In this document: piece after piece, positions 47,236 to 55,683 of the stretch
Layout of the letters: the number at the start of each line of letters is the position of its first letter
Numbering within the stretch: position 1 is the first letter of the stretch
Source: a virus
Taxonomy: Duplodnaviria; Caudoviricetes
Length of the DNA: 64,000 nucleotides
IMG/VR virus record: IMGVR_UViG_3300033148_005588
Coordinates: 18,833 to 82,832 of that record
Direction: 5' to 3' (one strand)
Position numbers and translations under genes: made by a program
The notes under the pieces: generated by a model
The model's input: the letters and a program-made list of their open reading frames with translations, nothing else
Databases searched by the model: none
Told to the model about the DNA's origin: nothing

Positions 47236-47462
47236 ACCCCTTCACCTCTCCTCGCTTCTCTTTCCATAACCATAGCGACCCATCCCTCTTGTTCCACCAG
47301 AGGGAAACTCTCCCCCTTGGGGTCTTCCCTTACTGCTTGGATAGCTCTGCGTTTTGCTTCATCCATGCTCTCTGCCATAACAGTCACCACTGTGCTTGCG
47401 CTTACTCTAAGCAGCAAAACCCCAAACATCTCCTCCTTTTTTCTCTTCTTCCCCTTAGCCAT
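47193..47462 (-). CDS. Hypothetical protein
   Basis: ORF with SD. Confidence 0.55.
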   Translation of the reverse strand: MAKGKKRKKEEMFGVLLLRVSASTVVTVMAESMDEAKRRAIQAVREDPKGESFPLVEQEGWVAMVMEREARRGEGVWPAATAQKKTESA

Positions 47463-47637
47463 ACGCTCCTCCCTCTAAAAGAATAAACCCAAAAGCCACT
47501 CACCGTACCTCACCCCTAAAGCACACAAGACACAAGCCGCCGACCCAAGAACAGCCAACAGCAAAGCGACCAGTGCTTGCGCCAAGAGGGGCACCAAGCT
47601 GCCACCCCAACAAAAACTGTCCTTTCCGCTACTATTG

Positions 47638-48021
47638 CTACCCGTGCCTCTGCTTCCTCCTTTCTTTACTGCGGTAGAGATTGATGCTGCGCTTGACTTT
47701 CAGCTTCCAATCATCAAGGTGGTTTATGAAGCCCTCATACCGGTCCACCCACTCCAGCCAATCCCCTAAGGCAATCTCTGGCCCGTTTTGAATTATGGCT
47801 GGAAGGTCTCTTGCGGCTTGCTCTAAGAGGTTCTTGCCCTCATAGAACAGCTCCTCTACGCCAGCTTTCTCATAGTGATTCATTTCTCCCCACCTCTCCT
47901 TTCTTCTCTTTTTCTTCACTTTCATCAGCCATTGCCTCCTCTTCTGTGTCGGCACAAGCTTCTTTCCATTGATAACCGCACAATTCGCAAGTGCGCGACA
48001 GGTATTCTGCTCTAGGGCCAA
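47638..48021 (-). CDS. Hypothetical protein (true start probably MNHYEK)
   Basis: ORF track. Confidence 0.5.
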   Translation of the reverse strand: MALEQNTCRALANCAVINGKKLVPTQKRRQWLMKVKKKRRKERWGEMNHYEKAGVEELFYEGKNLLEQAARDLPAIIQNGPEIALGDWLEWVDRYEGFINHLDDWKLKVKRSINLYRSKERRKQRHG

Positions 48022-48100
48022 TATACTTTACATCAGCCCCCATATTTCCACATTTAGGACAAATGGGAAATCGGCCTGAGTATTTTGGTAGACTCTTCAT
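47870..48100 (-). CDS. Zn-ribbon protein
   Basis: CPKC...CELC. Confidence 0.65.
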   Translation of the reverse strand: MKSLPKYSGRFPICPKCGNMGADVKYIGPRAEYLSRTCELCGYQWKEACADTEEEAMADESEEKEKKGEVGRNESL

Positions 48101-48212
48101 TTTATCTCCTCCTCCCTTTCCTCTTCTGGATTATTGACATTGCAGAGAGCACCCAACCCAAGGCCAATGATGGCGCATACAAACAAGGCACAAAGGCTCT
48201 CTTCTTCTCTCT

Positions 48213-48800
48213 CTAACCGTTCTTTTTCTCTTGCTTTGCCTCATTCTCAAGCTCCCTATCTATCTTATCAGCAACATACTCTCCCACCCCATCCCAAAAA
48301 TCATCAAACTTCTCCCAAAATCTGAGACCTTGGTAATTAACAGGCTCCCACTTTCCCCTTTTTCTCTTCTTCTCTATGTATTTCTGCTGTTTCTTACACC
48401 ACCTACAAGAGCGCAAAACCGGAGCAGGATCAAATTCATTCCTTGGAATGCCTGAAAAGTACCACCACTTGTGCAAACCAATACGACAAAGCCAGAGCCT
48501 TTTCTGCTGGCCTCTTTCCTCTTTCTTCTTGCCCGTTTTCTTTTTCGTTCCTCTGCTACAACTGACCACAAGCCAAACTCCTATTCCAATTAACACAAGA
48601 CTACAAACTCCATCACCTATGTCCATTCCAAATTTCATCTTAACTCTCTCCTTTCCTGCCTGCCTATCTCCGCCGAAACACCTCGTGGTCTGTGGTGTTG
48701 GCGATGACAGGAATAGATTGGTAGTATCCCTTGCCCACACCCAAGAAACAGTAATGCCGCAAGCATACATCACAAATCCAATCAGGAACAATATCGCCAC
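48213..48800 (-). CDS. Membrane-anchored hypothetical protein (true start probably MKFGMD)
   Basis: TM segment; CRIGLHKW...CRWC. Confidence 0.5.
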   Translation of the reverse strand: MAILFLIGFVMYACGITVSWVWARDTTNLFLSSPTPQTTRCFGGDRQAGKERVKMKFGMDIGDGVCSLVLIGIGVWLVVSCSRGTKKKTGKKKEERGQQKRLWLCRIGLHKWWYFSGIPRNEFDPAPVLRSCRWCKKQQKYIEKKRKRGKWEPVNYQGLRFWEKFDDFWDGVGEYVADKIDRELENEAKQEKKNG

Positions 48801-48891
48801 CTGGAGTCATGGAAACAGAACCGGATACCATTCGCATTTTATGTCCACACTTAGGACAAAAACCCTTATAGACCTTTTCAAAATTCTCCAT
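48664..48891 (-). CDS. Zn-ribbon protein
   Basis: CPKC...CDVC. Confidence 0.6.
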   Translation of the reverse strand: MENFEKVYKGFCPKCGHKMRMVSGSVSMTPGGDIVPDWICDVCLRHYCFLGVGKGYYQSIPVIANTTDHEVFRRR

Positions 48892-48917
48892 TCTTCTCCC
48901 CTTTGCTCTCTCTCTCT

Positions 48918-49358
48918 CTATGCAGACTTCTGTGTGATGGTTAACAGCGCAGGATTCAACACTGTCCCTTTCTCATTCGCCCTTTCTCCTTCATCTCCAA
49001 TTTGTATTTCAAGATTATGCCAGCGCCTAAGAGCCTCACCATAAACCCAAGCTTCTGCCAAAATGCCAACAGCAGCCCCATACATGAATCCAGTGATGCC
49101 TTCTGTATTTGCCTCGTGGCTGGTTTGCTTTGCAATATCTTCTAGCTTCTCACCAGCAGCCATCTCTTTCTCCATTAGATCAGCCCATCTCTCGGCGTAA
49201 TCAAAACAGGCTCTTCCGTAGGAGTCTGTATTCTTGTTACGCCACTCTTTATATTCATCTTCTTTTCCCTTAACAATTTCCATCTTCCTCCTCCTTTCAT
49301 TTCGAGTTGGCACGCCGTTTGGGCAATTTTGTTGCCACAAACATAGCCCTTTACTCAC
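48918..49358 (-). CDS. Conserved hypothetical phage protein
   Basis: DSYG...YAERWA..ME...GITGFMYG.AV..L...W.YG..LR.WHN motif. Confidence 0.7.
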   Translation of the reverse strand: MSKGLCLWQQNCPNGVPTRNERRRKMEIVKGKEDEYKEWRNKNTDSYGRACFDYAERWADLMEKEMAAGEKLEDIAKQTSHEANTEGITGFMYGAAVGILAEAWVYGEALRRWHNLEIQIGDEGERANEKGTVLNPALLTITQKSA

Positions 49359-49361
49359 CCT

Positions 49362-49496
49362 CTAAAACCAAAATTTAAATATAAGAAGACAAACGCCAAA
49401 CGTAAAAGCAGTAATGCCCACAGACAAACCAACACTGATAAGAAGCACACGGCGCTCAGCCTTTCTCCACACCTCTTCTATCTCTTGCTCTTTCAT
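49362..49496 (-). CDS. 44-aa single-TM microprotein (not in ORF track)
   Basis: MKEQEIEEVWRKAERRVLLISVGLSVGITAFTFGVCLLIFKFWF; fills the gap and overlaps the upstream stop. Confidence 0.55.
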   Translation of the reverse strand: MKEQEIEEVWRKAERRVLLISVGLSVGITAFTFGVCLLIFKFWF

Positions 49497-50062
49497 TCAG
49501 CTCTCTCCTCCTCTCTCTCTCTAAACTTTCCTGGTATAGCTAAAATCTCTTCTGTGAAGCTGTCTGTTGGTCTTAACGGAGCAACACACCCAACTCTTCC
49601 ACCAGAGAGATTTTCAGCCAGCAAAACTCCATCACTCCCCACCGCCCACTGCACGTCCTTAAAAAATCTATGAAACATATTTATATATCTCTGATTGTAA
49701 ACAAACTTGCCGCCATAATTTGCCTTAAACACGACAAAATTCCAATTAGCCCCCTCTCCCTGCCCCTCCAAAAAAGCTAAAGGCTTTGTGCGACAGTAGC
49801 CATACTCTTCTGTCTCAGAATTATAATAAGCATAAAAAAGAATCACAGCAGGATAAAACTTTGCCTTCTTCAATTCTTCCAGCCCCTCTTCTATCCGAGC
49901 AAGACGCGATGGAGAAAGAGGCCCAATAAATTTCAAGCCCCCTCTCTTCTTCAGCAGCTCTCTGCCTTCCAGAAAGAGAACACAACCATCAGTAATCCAG
50001 CCCCTCTTCTCATCATAATAATAGCCTTTCCTTTTAATTACATTACAAGCTCTCATGCCCAA
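49493..50062 (-). CDS. Hypothetical protein
   Basis: ORF with SD. Confidence 0.6.
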   Translation of the reverse strand: MGMRACNVIKRKGYYYDEKRGWITDGCVLFLEGRELLKKRGGLKFIGPLSPSRLARIEEGLEELKKAKFYPAVILFYAYYNSETEEYGYCRTKPLAFLEGQGEGANWNFVVFKANYGGKFVYNQRYINMFHRFFKDVQWAVGSDGVLLAENLSGGRVGCVAPLRPTDSFTEEILAIPGKFREREEERAE

Positions 50063-50080
50063 AGCTCCTTTCTCTCTGCC

Positions 50081-50953
50081 CTACTCTAAGTATCCCTTAA
50101 TCTTCCACCCTTGCTCTTTACAGATTCGAATTATCAAGTCCCGGAGGGCCATTGATGGCTTGCCAGGACGCCAAACCTCTCTCACATTCTTCAACGAGAA
50201 GCACCACCACCTCTCTTCATTTCTATACGGGCACAAGCCACCCTCAGCCCACTTATCAAACAGTTCAGGACGAGGATGAGCATCACAATCAAGACGCATC
50301 AGCTCTCGCAAAGTCTCTTCAGAAACTTGCGTAAGACGCAAAGAAGAAAGTGTACGGATGGAAGGAAAGAATCTAAACCTCAGTTTTACTTCTAAGAGAA
50401 AAACATCCTGGAGATTGGCATCTCTCAAGTCAACATCCCAAAGATTGGCAGATTCTAAGTCTGCATACCGGAGATCAGCCAAGCTCAAATCAGCATTAGT
50501 CAAATCAGCCTCACACAAATTAGCATACCGCAAGTCCACCTCAACCAGTTTAGTGTGTTGAAGATTGGCACGAGCTAGATTTGCTTGCCGCAAGTCAGCA
50601 TTAGTCAAATCAGCCCGCTCCAAACAGGCCTCGCTGGCTACGACACGCCTCAAATCAGCCCAATGGAGAAAAGCTCGCCCAAGATTGGCAGAATCCAACT
50701 TGGTGCGTCTAAGGTCTGCGCGATAGAGATTGGCCTGCCTGAGATCAGCTCCCCTCAGATCAGCATTTCTCAAATTGGTGTTGTAGAGATCGGCACCACA
50801 AAGATTAGCAGACTTAAGACAAGCTCCCTCCAAATCAAAACCCCCAAGATCAGCATCTTTAAGATTGCCCTTGTTGTCTTCTGCTAGCTGCCGCAAGGGC
50901 TTGTTCCCTTGGGCGACGATTGCCCCTGTCTGCCTTTTCCTGATTGTAGTCAC
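50081..50953 (-). CDS. Pentapeptide-repeat protein
   Basis: About 30 A(D/N)Lxx repeats plus a unique C-terminal domain. Confidence 0.9.
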   Translation of the reverse strand: MTTIRKRQTGAIVAQGNKPLRQLAEDNKGNLKDADLGGFDLEGACLKSANLCGADLYNTNLRNADLRGADLRQANLYRADLRRTKLDSANLGRAFLHWADLRRVVASEACLERADLTNADLRQANLARANLQHTKLVEVDLRYANLCEADLTNADLSLADLRYADLESANLWDVDLRDANLQDVFLLEVKLRFRFFPSIRTLSSLRLTQVSEETLRELMRLDCDAHPRPELFDKWAEGGLCPYRNEERWWCFSLKNVREVWRPGKPSMALRDLIIRICKEQGWKIKGYLE

Positions 50954-50971
50954 AAGTTTCCTCCTTGCTCA

Positions 50972-51104
50972 TGGTGTGGCCACAGCCGAGATTCGAACTC
51001 GGACGGCAGTTGCCTCCGCTGCCAGGCGGGATATTAAGGACTGTGAGGAAACCTCAATGTCCACCCCGGAACACCTTGTGTCTACCAATTCCACCACTGT
51101 GGCC
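50972..51104 (-). tRNA. tRNA-Leu-like RNA with expanded anticodon arm (atypical or pseudo-tRNA)
   Basis: GGCCACAG/CTGTGGCC acceptor, GTGGAATTGGTAGACAC D-arm, long variable arm, CCGAG-TTCGAAT-CTCGG T-arm; 36 extra nt in the anticodon arm. Confidence 0.7.
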
Positions 51105-51110
51105 ATAAAA

Positions 51111-51302
51111 TTACAAGTCATTATCCTTTTCACATTGTGCATAACCATCAGCAAAACCTTCATCATATTTTGCATCCAGGCACTTCTCACATGGCTCAAC
51201 GGTGATGTACTGAGAATGGCCGTTTGTGCCTTCTTTTGTATTACCGCACAGCCCGCTACCACAAGAGCAATAAACCTCGAATTCCAATTCTAAAGTTGGC
51301 AT
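51111..51302 (-). CDS. Small Zn-ribbon protein
   Basis: CSCG...CEKC. Confidence 0.55.
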   Translation of the reverse strand: MPTLELEFEVYCSCGSGLCGNTKEGTNGHSQYITVEPCEKCLDAKYDEGFADGYAQCEKDNDL

Positions 51303-51321
51303 TTACTGTCCTCCTTTGTAG

Positions 51322-51576
51322 TTAGAGCCACAAATCTGGATAACCTTTCATTCCAAACTCAAACCACTCTTTCCAGGCCTTTGCCCAATCGGACCTATAA
51401 TCTTCAGGGCGCAATAAAACCATTCCTTTTTTGCTGACACAATTAAAGATAGGGCATCTGTGGCAAAGCCCTCCCTGTGTAAATGGTTCATTGTGTCCGG
51501 GACAATTCTCAGGACATCTCGTAGGGAACTCTTGTCCCCCTATAACTATGCTTCCCAAAATTTCTTCCTCCATCAC
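51322..51576 (-). CDS. Cys-rich hypothetical protein
   Basis: ORF with SD. Confidence 0.55.
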   Translation of the reverse strand: MMEEEILGSIVIGGQEFPTRCPENCPGHNEPFTQGGLCHRCPIFNCVSKKGMVLLRPEDYRSDWAKAWKEWFEFGMKGYPDLWL

Positions 51577-51923
51577 TTACTTTGTCCTTCCTTTTGCCAT
51601 CTATGTTCTCCCCGCTCATACCTAGCAATAGCCTCTTTTGCCATTTCTATAGCTTTTTTCTCGCCAAAGGCTATGCAAGGGCAACGGATAGTGGTTAACC
51701 GCCTCGTCCGAAATTTCCATTTAGTAAGAAAATCCCTACACATCACACAGACTTCTGCTGAAATTTGTGATTCATATTTGCTGGAATCACGAGCGTCCAA
51801 TATTACTACATTATCTTTCCACTTCTTATCTTCCTTCTCCCACATAGGGCAGGTACTACATACGTTGTCACAATGCTCTATCATGTCCTTTAGCCGCAGG
51901 TAGTATTGTCTTTTGGTTATCAC
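51573..51923 (-). CDS. Cys-rich hypothetical protein
   Basis: ORF with SD. Confidence 0.55.
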   Translation of the reverse strand: MITKRQYYLRLKDMIEHCDNVCSTCPMWEKEDKKWKDNVVILDARDSSKYESQISAEVCVMCRDFLTKWKFRTRRLTTIRCPCIAFGEKKAIEMAKEAIARYERGEHRWQKEGQSK

Positions 51924-51946
51924 GGTTTATCTCCTTTTTGTAGTGC

Positions 51947-52138
51947 GGCCACAGCCAGGATTCGAACCTGGACGCTCCCTCTAACCTGACAGAGCCTTGC
52001 ATGTGGGAAGCACCTCAGTCACGGCAAGGCTGGCTGTGTCTACCAAGGGCAGGTGGCGTCCGAGTTTAAATTGCTAAACTCGGCCCCTATGTACACTCAG
52101 GTTTGCACTGTCGCCTACCACATTCCACCACTGTGGCC
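51947..52138 (-). ncRNA. tRNA-like RNA (192 nt) with a 76-nt D-loop insertion and expanded anticodon arm
   Basis: Same acceptor stem as 50978-51104; CCAGG-TTCGAAT-CCTGG T-arm; split D-arm GTGGAAT...TGGTAGACAC. Confidence 0.65.
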
Positions 52139-52144
52139 ATAGAG

Positions 52145-52549
52145 TTACTCGTCCCCCCGATCATCATCCGCCTCTGGTAATTCCCAGTGGTTCCATACAA
52201 GTGCAGAGGGTTCTTCTTTTGAAGTTTTACCCCTTTCCCAGGCTTTTATTTTGCCACTTTCAGTCCAACCGGCAAAATGACGTCTTAATGTTGCACCTTC
52301 ATAATCCCACACAATTACGGGATCGTCTATTTGAAGATCCGGACACTTAATAGAAATATCAATATCTGATTTTTGTTTTACTTCACCTCTGTTTTTAGTT
52401 CGGGCTGGTGGTATCCCCTTTTTCATCTCATGTTCCATCCACGCTCCAGGTCTTTTGAAGATACCTGGATGATGATGACTTGGATTTCTCGGATCACTCG
52501 GGCCTCCCATACTATCTACCTCCTTAATTTTAGGTTTTGGGGGCTGCAT
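52145..52549 (-). CDS. Hypothetical protein
   Basis: DDPVIVWD...RRHFAGW motif; SD. Confidence 0.6.
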   Translation of the reverse strand: MQPPKPKIKEVDSMGGPSDPRNPSHHHPGIFKRPGAWMEHEMKKGIPPARTKNRGEVKQKSDIDISIKCPDLQIDDPVIVWDYEGATLRRHFAGWTESGKIKAWERGKTSKEEPSALVWNHWELPEADDDRGDE

Positions 52550-52666
52550 AATTTGTACGCTCTTTCAATCACTATGTGCACTTAATGATGAAAGAGCAAC
52601 TACCAAAACTAATTATTCCCAGTCTTGGCCTTCCTGGGCACCCCCATCACAATAGCTACAAAGTCT

Positions 52667-52867
52667 TTACCCAATCTTACCCATCGCCTCAAGTTCAGCA
52701 CAAGCCTCAACCACAACAGCAGGTTCTATGCCAAGATTTTCAACTAGCTCGTCGTAACCAATTGTTCGTCCATCATTTTCGCGAAAATAGCGGGCAATCT
52801 CCTCTTTAGCTTTCTTCAACGGAAGTGAGCGAAGCGTAATTAGGTTGTTCTTACCTTTTTGCTTCAT
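52667..52867 (-). CDS. Small winged-HTH-like protein
   Basis: ELVENLGIEPAVVVEACAELEAMGKI. Confidence 0.5.
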   Translation of the reverse strand: MKQKGKNNLITLRSLPLKKAKEEIARYFRENDGRTIGYDELVENLGIEPAVVVEACAELEAMGKIG

Positions 52868-52870
52868 TTC

Positions 52871-53149
52871 TTACTCAATTCTACCTTCCACTGGTTCATA
52901 GGTCTTCTCAAAGATATCGGCTTTGCACAGGTACATTTCGCCATTAACATCTATAACTATCCAATCTCCAACATTGCCAACCATGACCCCTTCTCGTGTT
53001 TCAATTTCAACACAGCGCTTTCTAGGATTGACAGTGGCGAGGGAATTTGGTGTAGCAACAAGGTATAACGAGTTTGGATGTTCTCCGTCAAACCATTCTT
53101 CTGTAATTTGTACCGCATCAACTATTACTGACTTTTTTCTAACTTTCAT
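52871..53149 (-). CDS. Conserved phage protein (TREG...GDWI...G.MY.CK..IFEKTYE family)
   Basis: Motif recognition. Confidence 0.75.
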   Translation of the reverse strand: MKVRKKSVIVDAVQITEEWFDGEHPNSLYLVATPNSLATVNPRKRCVEIETREGVMVGNVGDWIVIDVNGEMYLCKADIFEKTYEPVEGRIE

Positions 53150-53405
53150 TTCCCTCCCTCCTGTAATCCCTTATCTCAGCAATCAAAAACTTGTTGAAGC
53201 AATATTCAGAATCACCTGTTTCGGTACTCTCGAAAAACTTCTTCAAGGCTTCTTTGGTACAATACAGTTCGCAAACGGGGCACAAATCAAAGCTCTCCGA
53301 AATAGTCTCTGTGCTGCCTGCTGCAGATAAGCGACGGTCATAAGGCAGAGTTCTTCTCGCAACACCTTTCTCTGTCCTGCAAATATCGCATACTGTAATT
53401 TGCAT
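53139..53405 (-). CDS. Zn-finger protein
   Basis: CDIC...CPVC. Confidence 0.6.
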   Translation of the reverse strand: MQITVCDICRTEKGVARRTLPYDRRLSAAGSTETISESFDLCPVCELYCTKEALKKFFESTETGDSEYCFNKFLIAEIRDYRREGNES

Positions 53406-53433
53406 TTTCTTCCTCCCCCTAAATTTCTTAATG

Positions 53434-53640
53434 CTAAAATCCTTTCCCCGTGACCTTCTTCAAGAACCCTCCTTTTTCCTCCTCACAAGTCCCTGGATGT
53501 CCCTTTAATCTCCATTCTTGCAATTGCTCATCCCATTCAATCCAGACATGAGCACCGCATCTGTAGAACGCCTGGTGGATAGAACCACCTATTAGAGGCT
53601 TCCTACAGAAGGGGCATCTATCTGGTGCGTAGAGTTTCAT
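53434..53640 (-). CDS. Zn-ribbon microprotein
   Basis: CPFC...RCG. Confidence 0.55.
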   Translation of the reverse strand: MKLYAPDRCPFCRKPLIGGSIHQAFYRCGAHVWIEWDEQLQEWRLKGHPGTCEEEKGGFLKKVTGKGF

Positions 53641-53653
53641 CTCCCTCCCCCTT

Positions 53654-53929
53654 TTATGCTTTTGCTAGTTGCATAATAATCATATTCTCAGGCAATCCGA
53701 ACTGTCTGCCTTTCAGAATATAAGTAATCCTCCGTGAAACGACTCTACCAGTGTATTCTTCAATCTGTGGGCTCCATTCCCGCAAAAGCACGAAATCTCC
53801 AACCTCGAAATTTCGATCATCTACCCTAAACTCGAACATTTTTGCTCCAGATAGTGAACTGTTGAATGCCTTGGGCCATGTCTTTAATTCATGCCATTTG
53901 GCTGATTCTGTGGCGACATTTGAAGTCAT
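53654..53929 (-). CDS. ASCH/PUA-like (DUF3850-type) protein
   Basis: HELKTWP..F.....G.K.FEFRVDDRNFEVGD...LREW...YTGR. Confidence 0.8.
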   Translation of the reverse strand: MTSNVATESAKWHELKTWPKAFNSSLSGAKMFEFRVDDRNFEVGDFVLLREWSPQIEEYTGRVVSRRITYILKGRQFGLPENMIIMQLAKA

Positions 53930-54336
53930 TTCCTTTCCTCTTCTCTATCAATTAAAGCATTGTATTTATCCCAAGAATCAAAAGATGTTGGCTTGCCGTC
54001 TTCTGTTCTTACATTGCCGTGGTAAGCCGCCGCAAATGCTTTTAAGCCATGCTTTCCATAGTGATCTGGATTTTTTTCAGCGGCCTCAATAAAGCCTATA
54101 GGATCATCAGTTTCAAGTAATACCTCACCACGAGGGCCACAGGGAAGACCATCTTTAAGAAGATAGGGAGGATCTCCAAGTTTCCACCAGCAAGTGTTAA
54201 AGCCATAGACAAGGCGATTATAGCTCTTTGCCGCCGCCTTGAGAGCCTCAAAACCTATAAACCAATTAAGGTGAAATCTATCCATTACTTTACCCCCTTT
54301 TATCAGCAAACTCATCGAAAGCCCAGTAACCATCAC
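53926..54336 (-). CDS. Hypothetical protein
   Basis: ORF track. Confidence 0.55.
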   Translation of the reverse strand: MMVTGLSMSLLIKGGKVMDRFHLNWFIGFEALKAAAKSYNRLVYGFNTCWWKLGDPPYLLKDGLPCGPRGEVLLETDDPIGFIEAAEKNPDHYGKHGLKAFAAAYHGNVRTEDGKPTSFDSWDKYNALIDREEERK

Positions 54337-54496
54337 ATAGTCTAAGAAAGACTATTCCCCCATAGAAATCGGACTCACCAAACAGCGGACACCAATCCCC
54401 GCAGTATCCGTCGTCTAATCTGGGGCAGCCCTGGGGCTTCATCACACCTGCTCTTTCAATCTTCAAAAGACCATCTTTGTTTATAAGTCCCTTCAT
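54290..54496 (-). CDS. Cys-rich hypothetical protein
   Basis: CP...CGDWCPLF. Confidence 0.55.
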   Translation of the reverse strand: MKGLINKDGLLKIERAGVMKPQGCPRLDDGYCGDWCPLFGESDFYGGIVFLRLCDGYWAFDEFADKRG

Positions 54497-54681
54497 ACTC
54501 TCACCTTATCCTTCCAGAAATGACTCCCATCGGCATCCCTCAATCTTAGCTCTTCTTCTACGGCCAGGACAAGATCATTGTCCTTCTCAATAAACCAATC
54601 CTGCTCTAAGAGCCATTTCAAGTAACCTGAATTAATGAAGACTAGATCAACATTCTTGTATTTTCCAAAAGGCATCCTCAT
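54493..54681 (-). CDS. DUF3820/exonuclease-X-C-terminal-like small protein
   Basis: MPFGKYK......I..GYLKWL. Confidence 0.7.
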   Translation of the reverse strand: MRMPFGKYKNVDLVFINSGYLKWLLEQDWFIEKDNDLVLAVEEELRLRDADGSHFWKDKVRV

Positions 54682-55178
54682 CTCTATTTCCTCAACTCAA
54701 GCACGAGCAACACAAAGGCTGCTCCTGCTATCATTCCAAATGCGAAAATTATGTATCCCATTAGCCCCATCACTTCTCCTTTCTAAATTGCGCCCTTCCC
54801 TGCAACCTCCGCAGACCGGCATCGCTTGCGAAATTCCCAGGGACACGCCAGTGCAGCACTTTGACGTTCAAGCTTTTCCCTCACTTTTAAGTCTCTTCTC
54901 TAGTCACTGCCTCTCTGCTGCCTGGTTAGGGCATACTATAAACTTAACACTTGCCTTTCTTTCCACCCTTTTTGCGTCCCACTCCTTTCCCAGGCGCTCG
55001 GCCCTTGCCTCCGCCTTTTCCACTGCGTGGGCCTTTGGAGCCACTAGGTGGCCCAGTACCATCTCTCTTTGGCATCTTTTCATCACCTCCTTTCCCTCTC
55101 GTCAAGTCAAAAATAAGCCCCCATTTCCTGAGATTGAAAACACCACATCTAGCTCCATATTGCTTCTCCCCCTCTTCT

Positions 55179-55571
55179 TTAGGTTAGCACCTTCACAGCA
55201 CCAAAGCACACCGTATCCCTTGGAGGAGTTGCATATGTGCATGTGCAAACAGTATAAACCGCTTCCCTCATCTTCTTCCTTAGCTTATAATACTCATCAA
55301 GACAAGACTCTGTCCCTGCAGGAGCAATCTGGTAAGGCCTCTTTGGTTCTCCCAACCCCTCCACTTCTATTATCAAATGTGACCATAAAGAGCCTGGAAT
55401 AACCCTCAAAAGATTGCTAAACCTCTGAGCTGCTGTTTCGCTCTCAAAGCACATAAGGCCAACAGTTCGCGATGGTGCCTTCACTACGGCGCCCTTCTTA
55501 TAAGTCTTTCTGTATTTGCCTTTAGCAAAAACACTCCTTCTGTTCTGGGTAACTATCTTGTAAGCTTTCAT
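55179..55571 (-). CDS. Hypothetical protein
   Basis: ORF with SD. Confidence 0.6.
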   Translation of the reverse strand: MKAYKIVTQNRRSVFAKGKYRKTYKKGAVVKAPSRTVGLMCFESETAAQRFSNLLRVIPGSLWSHLIIEVEGLGEPKRPYQIAPAGTESCLDEYYKLRKKMREAVYTVCTCTYATPPRDTVCFGAVKVLT

Positions 55572-55683
55572 GCTCTTCTCCTTCTTCTTTCCCTTTCTCT
55601 TTTACTAACTCCAAGAACTGGTTATCATCTTACACCAATTGAATCGCACAGAGTCACAAACATCTGCATGGCTTGTTTTTCGG

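Noticed and set aside
50969-51262. 97-aa minus-strand ORF
   Set aside because: It overlaps the tRNA-like RNA and the better-supported 51111-51302 ORF; no SD or motif
50972-52138. Ordinary functional tRNAs, an archaeal BHB intron, tmRNA or an attP site
   Set aside because: Anticodon loops are not 7 nt in the standard stem, BHB geometry fails, there is no tmRNA tag ORF or G-U alanine pair, and no integrase is in the window
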